Source of the DNA: the human T2T-CHM13v2.0 reference genome, Homo sapiens
NCBI RefSeq assembly: GCF_009914755.1
Contig: NC_060928.1
Reading direction: 5' to 3' (one strand)
Length of the DNA: 64,000 nucleotides
The translations under genes were made by a program, and so were the position numbers. This document shows positions 1-12,200 of the stretch, in pieces (the stretch's first letter is position 1; every line of letters starts with the position of its first letter). The notes under the pieces are model-generated. The model was not told where the DNA came from. It searched no databases and was given only the letters and a program-made list of their open reading frames with translations.

Positions 1-162
1 AAAAGGAAATATCTTCTCATAAAAACCAGAAAGAAGCATTCTCAGAAACTTCTTTGTGTTGTGTGTACTCAAGTAACAGTGTTGAACCTTCCTGTTGACA
101 CAGCAGTTTTGAAACACTCTTTTGGTAGAATCTGCAAGTGGATATTTGGATAGCTTTGAGGA

Positions 163-179
163 TTTCGTTGGAAACGGGT
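163..179 (+). promoter_or_regulatory. CENP-B box, monomer A (intact)
   Basis: TTTCGTTGGAAACGGGT matches NTTCGNNNNANNCGGGN and recurs in each HOR. Confidence 0.93.
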
Positions 180-332
180 TATCTTCATATAAAATCCAGA
201 CAGGAGCATTCTCAGAAACTTCTTTGTGCTGCATGTCCTCAATTCACAGAGCTGAACCTTTGTTTGGATACAGCATTTTGGAAACATTCCTTTAGTAGAA
301 TCTGCAAGTTGATAATTAGATAGCTTTGAAGA

Positions 333-349
333 TTTCGTTGGAAACGGGA
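333..349 (+). promoter_or_regulatory. CENP-B box, monomer B (intact)
   Basis: TTTCGTTGGAAACGGGA. Confidence 0.95.
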
Positions 350-672
350 ATATCTTCATAGAAAATCTAGACGGAAGCATTCTCAGAAACTGCTTTGTGA
401 TGTTTGCATTCAAGTCACAGAGTTGAATATTCCCTTTTATAGAGTAGGTTTGAAACACTCTTTCGGCACTACCTGGAAGTGGATATTTCGAGCTCTTTGA
501 GGCCTATGGTTAAAAGGAAATATCTTCCCATAAAAACTAGACAGAAGCCGTCTCAGAAACTTGTTTGTGATGTGTGTATTCAACTAACAGAGTTGAACAT
601 TTCTGTTACAGAGCAATTTTAAAACACTCTTTTTGTGGAATCTGAAAGTGGATAATTGGATAGCTTTGTGGA

Positions 673-689
673 TTTCGTTGGAAACGGGA
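673..689 (+). promoter_or_regulatory. CENP-B box, monomer D (intact)
   Basis: TTTCGTTGGAAACGGGA. Confidence 0.95.
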
Positions 690-1010
690 TGACGTATAAA
701 ATCTAGAGAGAAGCATTCTCAGGAACTTCTTTCTGATGTTTGCATTCAAGTCACAGAATTGAACATTCCTTTTCATAGTGCAGGTTTGAAACACTCTTTC
801 TGTAGTATCTGGAAGTGGACATTTCAAGCGCTTTCAGGCCTACGGGGAGAAAGGAAATATCTTCAAATAAAAACTAGACAGAAGGATTCTCAGAAACTTA
901 TTTGTGATGTGTGTCCTAAACGAACACAGTTGAACCTTTGTTTTGATACAGCATTTTGGAAACACTCCTTTTGTAGGATCTGCAGGTGGATATTTGGATA
1001 GATTTTAAGA

Positions 1011-1027
1011 TTTCGTTGGAAACGGGA
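1011..1027 (+). promoter_or_regulatory. CENP-B box, monomer F (intact)
   Basis: TTTCGTTGGAAACGGGA. Confidence 0.95.
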
Positions 1028-1181
1028 GTTTCTTCATAGAAACTCAAGACAGATGCATTCTCAGAAACATCTCTGTGATGTTTGCATTCCACTCATAGAG
1101 TTGAAAACTTCCTTTCATAGAGCAGGTTTGAAACACTCTTTTTGTAATATTTGGAAGTGGACATTTGCAGCACTTTGAGGC

Positions 1182-1198
1182 CTATGGTGAAAAAGGAA
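1182..1198 (+). promoter_or_regulatory. pJalpha (A-box) motif, monomer G; representative of the A-type monomers
   Basis: CTATGGTGAAAAAGGAA occupies the position taken by the CENP-B box in B-type monomers. Confidence 0.8.
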
Positions 1199-1352
1199 AT
1201 ATCTTCTCATAAAAACCAGAAACAAGCATTCTCAGAAACTTCTTTTTGATGTGTGTACTCAAGTAACAGAGTTGAACCTTCCTTTTGACACAGCAGTTTT
1301 GAAACAATCTTTTTGTAGAATCTGCAAGTGGATATTTGGATAGCTTTGAGGA

Positions 1353-1369
1353 TTTCGTTGGAAACGGGA
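1353..1369 (+). promoter_or_regulatory. CENP-B box, monomer H (intact)
   Basis: TTTCGTTGGAAACGGGA. Confidence 0.95.
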
Positions 1370-1522
1370 TATCTTCATATAAAATCTAGACAGAAGCATT
1401 CTCAGAAACTTCTTTGTGCTGTATGCCCTCAATTAACAGAGTTGAACCATTGCTTGGATACAGCATTTTGGAAACATTCCTTGAGTAGAATCTGCAAGTT
1501 GATATTTAGATAGATTTGAAGA

Positions 1523-1539
1523 TTTCATTGGAAAAGGGA
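1523..1539 (+). other. Degenerate CENP-B box, monomer I
   Basis: TTTCATTGGAAAAGGGA here and TTTCGTTGGAAAAGGGA in most units; the essential C of CGGG is lost. Confidence 0.88.
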
Positions 1540-1864
1540 ATATCTCCATATAAAATCTAGAGGGAAGCATTCTCAGAAACTGCTTTGTGATGTTTCCATT
1601 CAAGTCACAGAGTTGAATATTCCCTTTTATAGAGCACGTTTGAAACACTCTTTCTGCACTATCTGGAAGTGGACATTTCGAGCGCTTTGAGGCCTATGTT
1701 GAAAAAGGAAATATCTTCCCATAAAAACTAGACAGAAGCATTCTCAGAAACTTGTTTGTGATGTGTGTATTCAACTAACAGAGTTGAACTTTTGTTTTTA
1801 CAGAGCCGTTTTAAAACACTCTTTTTGTGGAATCAGAAAGTGGATATTCGGATGGCTCTGAGGA

Positions 1865-1881
1865 TTTCGTTGGAAGCGGGA
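1865..1881 (+). promoter_or_regulatory. CENP-B box, monomer K (intact, AAG variant)
   Basis: TTTCGTTGGAAGCGGGA; all nine core bases are kept. Confidence 0.92.
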
Positions 1882-2202
1882 TTACATATAAAATCTAGAG
1901 AGAAGCATTCTCAGGAACTTCTTTGTGATGTTTGCATTGAAGTCACAGAATTGAACATTCACTTTGATAGAGCAGGTTTGAAACACTCATTCTGTAGTAT
2001 CTGGAAGTGGACATTTCAAGCGCTTTCAGGCCTATGGTGAGAAAGGAAATATCTTCGAATAAAAACTAGACAGAAGCATCCTCAGAAACTTATTTGTGAT
2101 GTGTGTCCTCAACTAACAGAGTTGAAACTTTATTTTGATACAGCATTTTGGAAACACTCTTTTTGTAGAATCTGCAGGTGGATATTTGGATAGCTTAGAG
2201 GG

Positions 2203-2219
2203 ATTCGTTGGAAAGGGGA
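2203..2219 (+). other. Degenerate CENP-B box, monomer M
   Basis: ATTCGTTGGAAAGGGGA; GGGG instead of CGGG. Confidence 0.88.
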
Positions 2220-2372
2220 TATCTTCATATAAAATCTAGACAGAAGCATTCTCAGAAACTTATTTGTGATGTGTGTCCTCAACTAACAGAGTTGAACCTT
2301 GGTTTTGATACAGCATTTTGGAAACGCTCCTTTTGTAGAATCTACAGGTGGATATGTGGATAGCTCTGAAGA

Positions 2373-2389
2373 TTTCGTTGGAAACGGGA
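2373..2389 (+). promoter_or_regulatory. CENP-B box, monomer N (intact)
   Basis: TTTCGTTGGAAACGGGA. Confidence 0.95.
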
Positions 2390-2713
2390 ATTTCTTCATA
2401 TAAAATCAAACAGAAGCATTCTCAGAAACTTCTCAGTGATGTTTGCATTCAGCTCATGGAGTTGAACACTTCCTTTCATAGAACCGGTTTGAAACACTCT
2501 TTCTGCACTACCTGGAAGAGGACATTTCGAGCGCTTTGAGTCCTATGGTGAAAAAGGAAATATCTTCTCATAAAAACCAGAAAGAAGCATTCTCAGAAAC
2601 TTCTTTGTGTTGTGTGTACTCATGTAACAGTGTTGAACCATCCTTTTGACAGAGCAGTTTTGAAACACTCTTTTTGTAGAATCTGCAAGTGGATATTTGG
2701 ATAGCTTTGAGGA

Positions 2714-2730
2714 TTTCGTTGGAAACGGGA
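2714..2730 (+). promoter_or_regulatory. CENP-B box, monomer P (intact)
   Basis: TTTCGTTGGAAACGGGA. Confidence 0.95.
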
Positions 2731-3051
2731 TGACATATAATATCTAGAGAGAAGCATTCTCAGGAACTTCTTTGTGATGTTTGCATTCAAGTCACAGAAT
2801 TGAACATTCCCTTTCATAGAGCAGGTTTGAAACACTCTTTCTCTAGTATCTGGAAGTGGGCATTTCAAGCGCTTTCAGGCCTATGGAGAGAAAGGAAATA
2901 CCTTCAAATAAAAACTAGACAGAAGCATTCTCAGAAACTTATTTGTGATGTGTGTCCTCAACTAACAGAGTTGAACCTTTGTTTTGATACAGCATTTTGG
3001 AAACACTCCTTTTGTAGAATCTGCAGGTGGATATTTGGATAACTTTGAAGA

Positions 3052-3068
3052 TTTCGTTGGAAACCGGA
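3052..3068 (+). other. Degenerate CENP-B box, monomer R
   Basis: TTTCGTTGGAAACCGGA; CCGG instead of CGGG. Confidence 0.88.
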
Positions 3069-3268
3069 ATATCTTCATATAAAATCAAGACAGAAGCATT
3101 CTCGGAAACATCTCTGTGATGTTTGCATTCAACTCAGTAGAGTTGAACACTTCCTTTCATAGAGCCGGTTTGAAACACTCTTTCTGCACTACCTGGAAGC
3201 GGACATTTCGAGCGCTTTGAGGCCTATGGTGAAAAAGGAAATATCTTCTCATAAAAACCAGAAAGAAG

Positions 3269-6200
3269 CATTCTCAGAAACTTCTTTGTGTTGTGTGTAC
3301 TCAAGTAACAGTGTTGAACCTTCCTTTTGACACAGCAGTTTTGAAACACTCTTTTGGTAGAATCTGCAAGTGGATATTTGGATAGCTTTGAGGATTTCGT
3401 TGGAAACGGGTTATCTTCATATAAAATCCAGACAGGAGCATTCTCAGAAACTTCTTTGTGCTGCATGTCCTCAATTCACAGAGCTGAACCTTTGTTTGGA
3501 TACAGCATTTTGGAAACATTCCTTTAGTAGAATCTGCAAGTTGATATTTAGATAGCTTTGAAGATTTCGTTGGAAACGGGAATATCTTCATAGAAAATCT
3601 AGACGGAAGCATTCTCAGAAACTGCTTTGTGATGTTTGCATTCAAGTCACAGAGTTGAATATTCCCTTTTATAGAGTAGGTTTGAAACACTCTTTCGGCA
3701 CTACCTGGAAGTGGATATTTCGAGCTCTTTGAGGCCTATGGTTAAAAGGAAATATCTTCCCATAAAAACTAGACAGAAGCCGTCTCAGAAACTTGTTTGT
3801 GATGTGTGTATACAACTACCAGAGTTGAACATTTCTGTTACAGAGCAATTTTAAAACACTCTTTTTGTGGAATCTGAAAGTGGATAATTGGATAGCTTTG
3901 TGGATTTCGTTGGAAACGGGATGACGTATAAAATCTAGAGAGAAGCATTCTCAGGAACTTCTTTGTGATGTTTGCATTCAAGTCACAGAATTGAACATTC
4001 CTTTTCATAGTGCAGGTTTGAAACACTCTTTCTGTAGTATCTGGAAGTGGACATTTCAAGCGCTTTCAGGCCTACGGGGAGAAAGGAAATATCTTCAAAT
4101 AAAAACTAGACAGAAGGATTCTCAGAAACTTATTTGTGATGTGTGTCCTCAACTAACAGAGTTGAACCTTTGTTTTGATACAGCATTTTGGAAACACTCC
4201 TTTTGTAGGATCTGCAGGTGGATATTTGGATAGATTTTAAGATTTCGTTGGAAACGGGAGTTTCTTCATAGAAACTCAAGACAGATGCATTCTCAGAAAC
4301 ATCTCTGTGATGTTTGCATTCCACTCATAGAGTTGAAAACTTCCTTTCATAGAGCAGGTTTGAAACACTCTTTTTGTAATATTTGGAAGTGGACATTTGC
4401 AGCGCTTTGAGGCCTATGGTGAAAAAGGAAATATCTTCTCATAAAAACCAGAAACAAGCATTCTCAGAAACTTCTTTTTGATGTGTGTACTCAAGTAACA
4501 GAGTTGAACCTTCCTTTTGACACAGCAGTTTTGAAACAATCTTTTTGTAGAATCTGCAAGTGGATATTTGGATAGCTTTGAGGATTTCGTTGGAAACGGG
4601 ATATCTTCATATAAAATCTAGACAGAAGCATTCTCAGAAACTTCTTTGTGCTGTATGTCCTCAATTAACAGAGTTGAACCATTGCTTGGATACAGCATTT
4701 TGGAAACATTCCTTGAGTAGAATCTGCAAGTTGATATTTAGATAGATTTGAAGATTTCGTTGGAAAAGGGAATATCTCCATATAAAATCTAGAGGGAAGC
4801 ATTCTCAGAAACTGCTTTGTGATGTTTCCATTCAAGTCACAGAGTTGAATATTCCCTTTTATAGAGCACGTTTGAAACACTCTTTCTGCACTATCTGGAA
4901 GTGGACATTTCGAGCGCTTTGAGGCCTATGGTGAAAAAGGAAATATCTTCCCATAAAAACTAGACAGAAGCATTCTCAGAAACTTGTTTGTGATGTGTGT
5001 ATTCAACTAACAGAGTTGAACTTTTGTTTTTACAGAGCCGTTTTAAAACACTCTTTTTGTGGAATCAGAAAGTGGATATTCGGATGGCTCTGAGGATTTC
5101 GTTGGAAGCGGGATTACATATAAAATCTAGAGAGAAGCATTCTCAGGAACTTCTTTGTGATGTTTGCATTGAAGTCACAGAATTGAACATTCACTTTGAT
5201 AGAGCAGGTTTGAAACACTCATTCTGTAGTATCTGGAAGTGGACATTTCAAGCGCTTTCAGGCCTATGGTGAGAAAGGAAATATCTTCGAATAAAAACTA
5301 GACAGAAGCATCCTCAGAAACTTATTTGTGATGTGTGTCCTCAACTAACAGAGTTGAAACTTTGTTTTGATACAGCATTTTGGAAACACTCTTTTTGTAG
5401 AATCTGCAGGTGGATATTTGGATAGCTTAGAGGGATTCGTTGGAAAGGGGATATCTTCATATAAAATCTAGACAGAAGCATTCTCAGAAACTTATTTGTG
5501 ATGTGTGTCCTCAACTAACAGAGTTGAACCTTGGTTTTGATACAGCATTTTGGAAACACTCCTTTTGTAGAATCTGCAGGTGGATATGTGGATAGCTCTG
5601 AAGATTTCGTTGGAAACGGGAATTTCTTCATATAAAATCAAACAGAAGCATTCTCAGAAACTTCTCAGTGATGTTTGCATTCAGCTCATGGAGTTGAACA
5701 CTTCCTTTCATAGAGCCGGTTTGAAACACTCTTTCTGCACTACCTGGAAGAGGACATTTCGAGCGCTTTGAGTCCTATGGTGAAAAAGGAAATATCTTCT
5801 CATAAAAACCAGAAAGAAGCATTCTCAGAAACTTCTTTGTGTTGTGTGTACTCATGTAACAGTGTTGAACCATCCTTTTGACAGAGCAGTTTGGAAACAC
5901 TCTTTTTGTAGAATCTGCAAGTGGATATTTGGATAGCTTTGAGGATTTCGTTGGAAACGGGATGACATATAATCTCTAGAGAGAAGCATACTCAGGAACT
6001 TCTTTGTGATGTTTGCATTCAAGTCACAGAATTGAACATTCCCTTTCATAGAGCAGGTTTGAAACACTCTTTCTCTAGTATCTGGAAGTGGGCATTTCAA
6101 GCGCTTTCAGGCCTATGGAGAGAAAGGAAATACCTTCAAATAAAAACTAGACAGAAGCATTCTCAGAAACTTATTTGTGATGTGTGTTCTCAACTAACAG

Positions 6201-9200
6201 AGTTGAACATTTGTTTTGATACAGCATTTTGGAAACACTCCTTTTGTAGAATCTGCAGGTGGATATTTGGATAACTTTGAAGATTTCGTTGGAAACCGGA
6301 ATATCTTCATATAAAATCAAGACAGAAGCATTCTCGGAAACATCTCTGTGATGTTTGCATTCAACTCAGTAGAGTTGAACACTTCCTTTCATAGAGCAGG
6401 TTTGAAACACTCTTTCTGCACTACCTGGAAGCGGACATTTCGAGCGCTTTGAGGCCTATGGTGAAAAAGGAAATATCTTCTCATAAAAACCAGAAAGAAG
6501 CATTCTCAGAAACTTCTTTGTGTTGTGTGTACTCAAGTAACAGTGTTGAACCTTCCTGTTGACACAGCAGTTTTGAAACACTCTTTTGGTAGAATCTGCA
6601 AGTGGATATTTGGATAGCTTTGAGGATTTCGTTGGAAACGGGTTATCTTCATATAAAATCCAGACAGGAGCATTCTCAGAAACTTCTTTGTGCTGCATGT
6701 CCTCAATTCACAGAGCTGAACCTTTGTTTGGATACAGCATTTTGGAAACATTCCTTTAGTAGAATCTGCAAGTTGATAATTAGATAGCTTTGAAGATTTC
6801 GTTGGAAACGGGAATATCTTCATAGAAAATCTAGACGGAAGCATTCTCAGAAACTGCTTTGTGATGTTTGCATTCAAGTCACAGAGTTGAATATTCCCTT
6901 TTATAGAGTAGGTTTGAAACACTCTTTCGGCACTACCTGGAAGTGGATATTTCGAGCTCTTTGAGGCCTATGGTTAAAAGGAAATATCTTCCCATAAAAA
7001 CTAGACAGAAGCCGTCTCAGAAACTTGTTTGTGATGTGTGTATTCAACTAACAGAGTTGAACATTTCTGTTACAGAGCAATTTTAAAACACTCTTTTTGT
7101 GGAATCTGAAAGTGGATAATTGGATAGCTTTGTGGATTTCGTTGGAAACGGGATGACGTATAAAATCTAGAGAGAAGCATTCTCAGGAACTTCTTTCTGA
7201 TGTTTGCATTCAAGTCACAGAATTGAACATTCCTTTTCATAGTGCAGGTTTGAAACACTCTTTCTGTAGTATCTGGAAGTGGACATTTCAAGCGCTTTCA
7301 GGCCTACGGGGAGAAAGGAAATATCTTCAAATAAAAACTAGACAGAAGGATTCTCAGAAACTTATTTGTGATGTGTGTCCTAAACGAACACAGTTGAACC
7401 TTTGTTTTGATACAGCATTTTGGAAACACTCCTTTTGTAGGATCTGCAGGTGGATATTTGGATAGATTTTAAGATTTCGTTGGAAACGGGAGTTTCTTCA
7501 TAGAAACTCAAGACAGATGCATTCTCAGAAACATCTCTGTGATGTTTGCATTCCACTCATAGAGTTGAAAACTTCCTTTCATAGAGCAGGTTTGAAACAC
7601 TCTTTTTGTAATATTTGGAAGTGGACATTTGCAGCACTTTGAGGCCTATGGTGAAAAAGGAAATATCTTCTCATAAAAACCAGAAACAAGCATTCTCAGA
7701 AACTTCTTTTTGATGTGTGTACTCAAGTAACAGAGTTGAACCTTCCTTTTGACACAGCAGTTTTGAAACAATCTTTTTGTAGAATCTGCAAGTGGATATT
7801 TGGATAGCTTTGAGGATTTCGTTGGAAACGGGATATCTTCATATAAAATCTAGACAGAAGCATTCTCAGAAACTTCTTTGTGCTGTATGCCCTCAATTAA
7901 CAGAGTTGAACCATTGCTTGGATACAGCATTTTGGAAACATTCCTTGAGTAGAATCTGCAAGTTGATATTTAGATAGATTTGAAGATTTCATTGGAAAAG
8001 GGAATATCTCCATATAAAATCTAGAGGGAAGCATTCTCAGAAACTGCTTTGTGATGTTTCCATTCAAGTCACAGAGTTGAATATTCCCTTTTATAGAGCA
8101 CGTTTGAAACACTCTTTCTGCACTATCTGGAAGTGGACATTTCGAGCGCTTTGAGGCCTATGTTGAAAAAGGAAATATCTTCCCATAAAAACTAGACAGA
8201 AGCATTCTCAGAAACTTGTTTGTGATGTGTGTATTCAACTAACAGAGTTGAACTTTTGTTTTTACAGAGCCGTTTTAAAACACTCTTTTTGTGGAATCAG
8301 AAAGTGGATATTCGGATGGCTCTGAGGATTTCGTTGGAAGCGGGATTACATATAAAATCTAGAGAGAAGCATTCTCAGGAACTTCTTTGTGATGTTTGCA
8401 TTGAAGTCACAGAATTGAACATTCACTTTGATAGAGCAGGTTTGAAACACTCATTCTGTAGTATCTGGAAGTGGACATTTCAAGCGCTTTCAGGCCTATG
8501 GTGAGAAAGGAAATATCTTCGAATAAAAACTAGACAGAAGCATCCTCAGAAACTTATTTGTGATGTGTGTCCTCAACTAACAGAGTTGAAACTTTATTTT
8601 GATACAGCATTTTGGAAACACTCTTTTTGTAGAATCTGCAGGTGGATATTTGGATAGCTTAGAGGGATTCGTTGGAAAGGGGATATCTTCATATAAAATC
8701 TAGACAGAAGCATTCTCAGAAACTTATTTGTGATGTGTGTCCTCAACTAACAGAGTTGAACCTTGGTTTTGATACAGCATTTTGGAAACGCTCCTTTTGT
8801 AGAATCTACAGGTGGATATGTGGATAGCTCTGAAGATTTCGTTGGAAACGGGAATTTCTTCATATAAAATCAAACAGAAGCATTCTCAGAAACTTCTCAG
8901 TGATGTTTGCATTCAGCTCATGGAGTTGAACACTTCCTTTCATAGAACCGGTTTGAAACACTCTTTCTGCACTACCTGGAAGAGGACATTTCGAGCGCTT
9001 TGAGTCCTATGGTGAAAAAGGAAATATCTTCTCATAAAAACCAGAAAGAAGCATTCTCAGAAACTTCTTTGTGTTGTGTGTACTCATGTAACAGTGTTGA
9101 ACCATCCTTTTGACAGAGCAGTTTTGAAACACTCTTTTTGTAGAATCTGCAAGTGGATATTTGGATAGCTTTGAGGATTTCGTTGGAAACGGGATGACAT

Positions 9201-12200
9201 ATAATATCTAGAGAGAAGCATTCTCAGGAACTTCTTTGTGATGTTTGCATTCAAGTCACAGAATTGAACATTCCCTTTCATAGAGCAGGTTTGAAACACT
9301 CTTTCTCTAGTATCTGGAAGTGGGCATTTCAAGCGCTTTCAGGCCTATGGAGAGAAAGGAAATACCTTCAAATAAAAACTAGACAGAAGCATTCTCAGAA
9401 ACTTATTTGTGATGTGTGTCCTCAACTAACAGAGTTGAACCTTTGTTTTGATACAGCATTTTGGAAACACTCCTTTTGTAGAATCTGCAGGTGGATATTT
9501 GGATAACTTTGAAGATTTCGTTGGAAACCGGAATATCTTCATATAAAATCAAGACAGAAGCATTCTCGGAAACATCTCTGTGATGTTTGCATTCAACTCA
9601 GTAGAGTTGAACACTTCCTTTCATAGAGCCGGTTTGAAACACTCTTTCTGCACTACCTGGAAGCGGACATTTCGAGCGCTTTGAGGCCTATGGTGAAAAA
9701 GGAAATATCTTCTCATAAAAACCAGAAAGAAGCATTCTCAGAAACTTCTTTGTGTTGTGTGTACTCAAGTAACAGTGTTGAACCTTCCTTTTGACACAGC
9801 AGTTTTGAAACACTCTTTTGGTAGAATCTGCAAGTGGATATTTGGATAGCTTTGAGGATTTCGTTGGAAACGGGTTATCTTCATATAAAATCCAGACAGG
9901 AGCATTCTCAGAAACTTCTTTGTGCTGCATGTCCTCAATTCACAGAGCTGAACCTTTGTTTGGATACAGCATTTTGGAAACATTCCTTTAGTAGAATCTG
10001 CAAGTTGATATTTAGATAGCTTTGAAGATTTCGTTGGAAACGGGAATATCTTCATAGAAAATCTAGACGGAAGCATTCTCAGAAACTGCTTTGTGATGTT
10101 TGCATTCAAGTCACAGAGTTGAATATTCCCTTTTATAGAGTAGGTTTGAAACACTCTTTCGGCACTACCTGGAAGTGGATATTTCGAGCTCTTTGAGGCC
10201 TATGGTTAAAAGGAAATATCTTCCCATAAAAACTAGACAGAAGCCGTCTCAGAAACTTGTTTGTGATGTGTGTATACAACTACCAGAGTTGAACATTTCT
10301 GTTACAGAGCAATTTTAAAACACTCTTTTTGTGGAATCTGAAAGTGGATAATTGGATAGCTTTGTGGATTTCGTTGGAAACGGGATGACGTATAAAATCT
10401 AGAGAGAAGCATTCTCAGGAACTTCTTTGTGATGTTTGCATTCAAGTCACAGAATTGAACATTCCTTTTCATAGTGCAGGTTTGAAACACTCTTTCTGTA
10501 GTATCTGGAAGTGGACATTTCAAGCGCTTTCAGGCCTACGGGGAGAAAGGAAATATCTTCAAATAAAAACTAGACAGAAGGATTCTCAGAAACTTATTTG
10601 TGATGTGTGTCCTCAACTAACAGAGTTGAACCTTTGTTTTGATACAGCATTTTGGAAACACTCCTTTTGTAGGATCTGCAGGTGGATATTTGGATAGATT
10701 TTAAGATTTCGTTGGAAACGGGAGTTTCTTCATAGAAACTCAAGACAGATGCATTCTCAGAAACATCTCTGTGATGTTTGCATTCCACTCATAGATTTGA
10801 AAACTTCCTTTCATAGAGCAGGTTTGAAACACTCTTTTTGTAATATTTGGAAGTGGACATTTGCAGCGCTTTGAGGCCTATGGTGAAAAAGGAAATATCT
10901 TCTCATAAAAACCAGAAACAAGCATTCTCAGAAACTTCTTTTTGATGTGTGTACTCAAGTAACAGAGTTGAACATTCCTTTTGACACAGCAGTTTTGAAA
11001 CAATCTTTTTGTAGAATCTGCAAGTGGATATTTGGATAGCTTTGAGGATTTCGTTGGAAACGGGATATCTTCATATAAAATCTAGAGAGAAGCTTTCTCA
11101 GAAACTTCTTTGTGCTGTATGTCCTCAATTAACAGATTTGAACCATTGCTTGGATACAGCATTTTGGAAACATTCCTTGAGTAGAATCTGCAAGTTGATA
11201 TTTAGATAGATTTGAAGATTTCGTTGGAAAAGGGAATATCTCCATATAAAATCTAGAGGGAAGCATTCTCAGAAACTGCTTTGTGATGTTTCCATTCAAG
11301 TCACAGAGTTGAATATTCCCTTTTATAGAGCACGTTTGAAACACTCTTTCTGCACTATCTGGAAGTGGACATTTCGAGCGCTTTGAGGCCTATGGTGAAA
11401 AAGGAAATATCTTCCCATAAAAACTAGACAGAAGCATTCTCAGAAACTTGTTTGTGATGTGTGTATTCAACTAACAGAGTTGAACTTTTGTTTTTACAGA
11501 GCCGTTTTAAAACACTCTTTTTGTGGAATCAGAAAGTGGATATTCGGATGGCTCTGAGGATTTCGTTGGAAGCGGGATTACATATAAAATCTAGAGAGAA
11601 GCATTCTCAGGAACTTCTTTGTGATGTTTGCATTGAAGTCACAGAATTGAACATTCACTTTGATAGAGCAGGTTTGAAACACTCATTCTGTAGTATCTGG
11701 AAGTGGACATTTCAAGCGCTTTCAGGCCTATGGTGAGAAAGGAAATATCTTCGAATAAAAACTAGACAGAAGCATCCTCAGAAACTTATTTGTGATGTGT
11801 GTCCTCAACTAACAGAGTTGAAACTTTGTTTTGATACAGCATTTTGGAAACACTCTTTTTGTAGAATCTGCAGGTGGATATTTGGATAGCTTAGAGGGAT
11901 TCGTTGGAAAGGGGATATCTTCATATAAAATCTAGACAGAAGCATTCTCAGAAACTTATTTGTGATGTGTGTCCTCAACTAACAGAGTTGAACCTTGGTT
12001 TTGATACAGCATTTTGGAAACACTCCTTTTGTAGAATCTGCAGGTGGATATGTGGATAGCTCTGAAGATTTCGTTGGAAACGGGAATTTCTTCATATAAA
12101 ATCAAACAGAAGCATTCTCAGAAACTTCTCAGTGATGTTTGCATTCAGCTCATGGAGTTGAACACTTCCTTTCATAGAGCCGGTTTGAAACACTCTTTCT

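Larger units (their letters stand above)
37..3268 (+). repeat. Canonical 19-mer HOR unit 1; monomer starts A37 B207 C378 D548 E714 F885 G1056 H1227 I1397 J1568 K1739 L1906 M2077 N2247 O2417 P2588 Q2755 R2926 S3097
   Basis: Monomer starts read from the CATTCTC-like motif; the next A starts at 3269. Eleven monomers are CENP-B-box type (A,B,D,F,H,I,K,M,N,P,R) and eight are pJalpha type (C,E,G,J,L,O,Q,S). Confidence 0.95.

Noticed and set aside
690-702. TGACGT (CRE-like) followed by TATAAAA (TATA-like) in monomer D
   Set aside because: TATAAAA is part of the normal alphoid monomer end, and short motifs arise by chance in AT-rich DNA. Nothing in the sequence supports a promoter.
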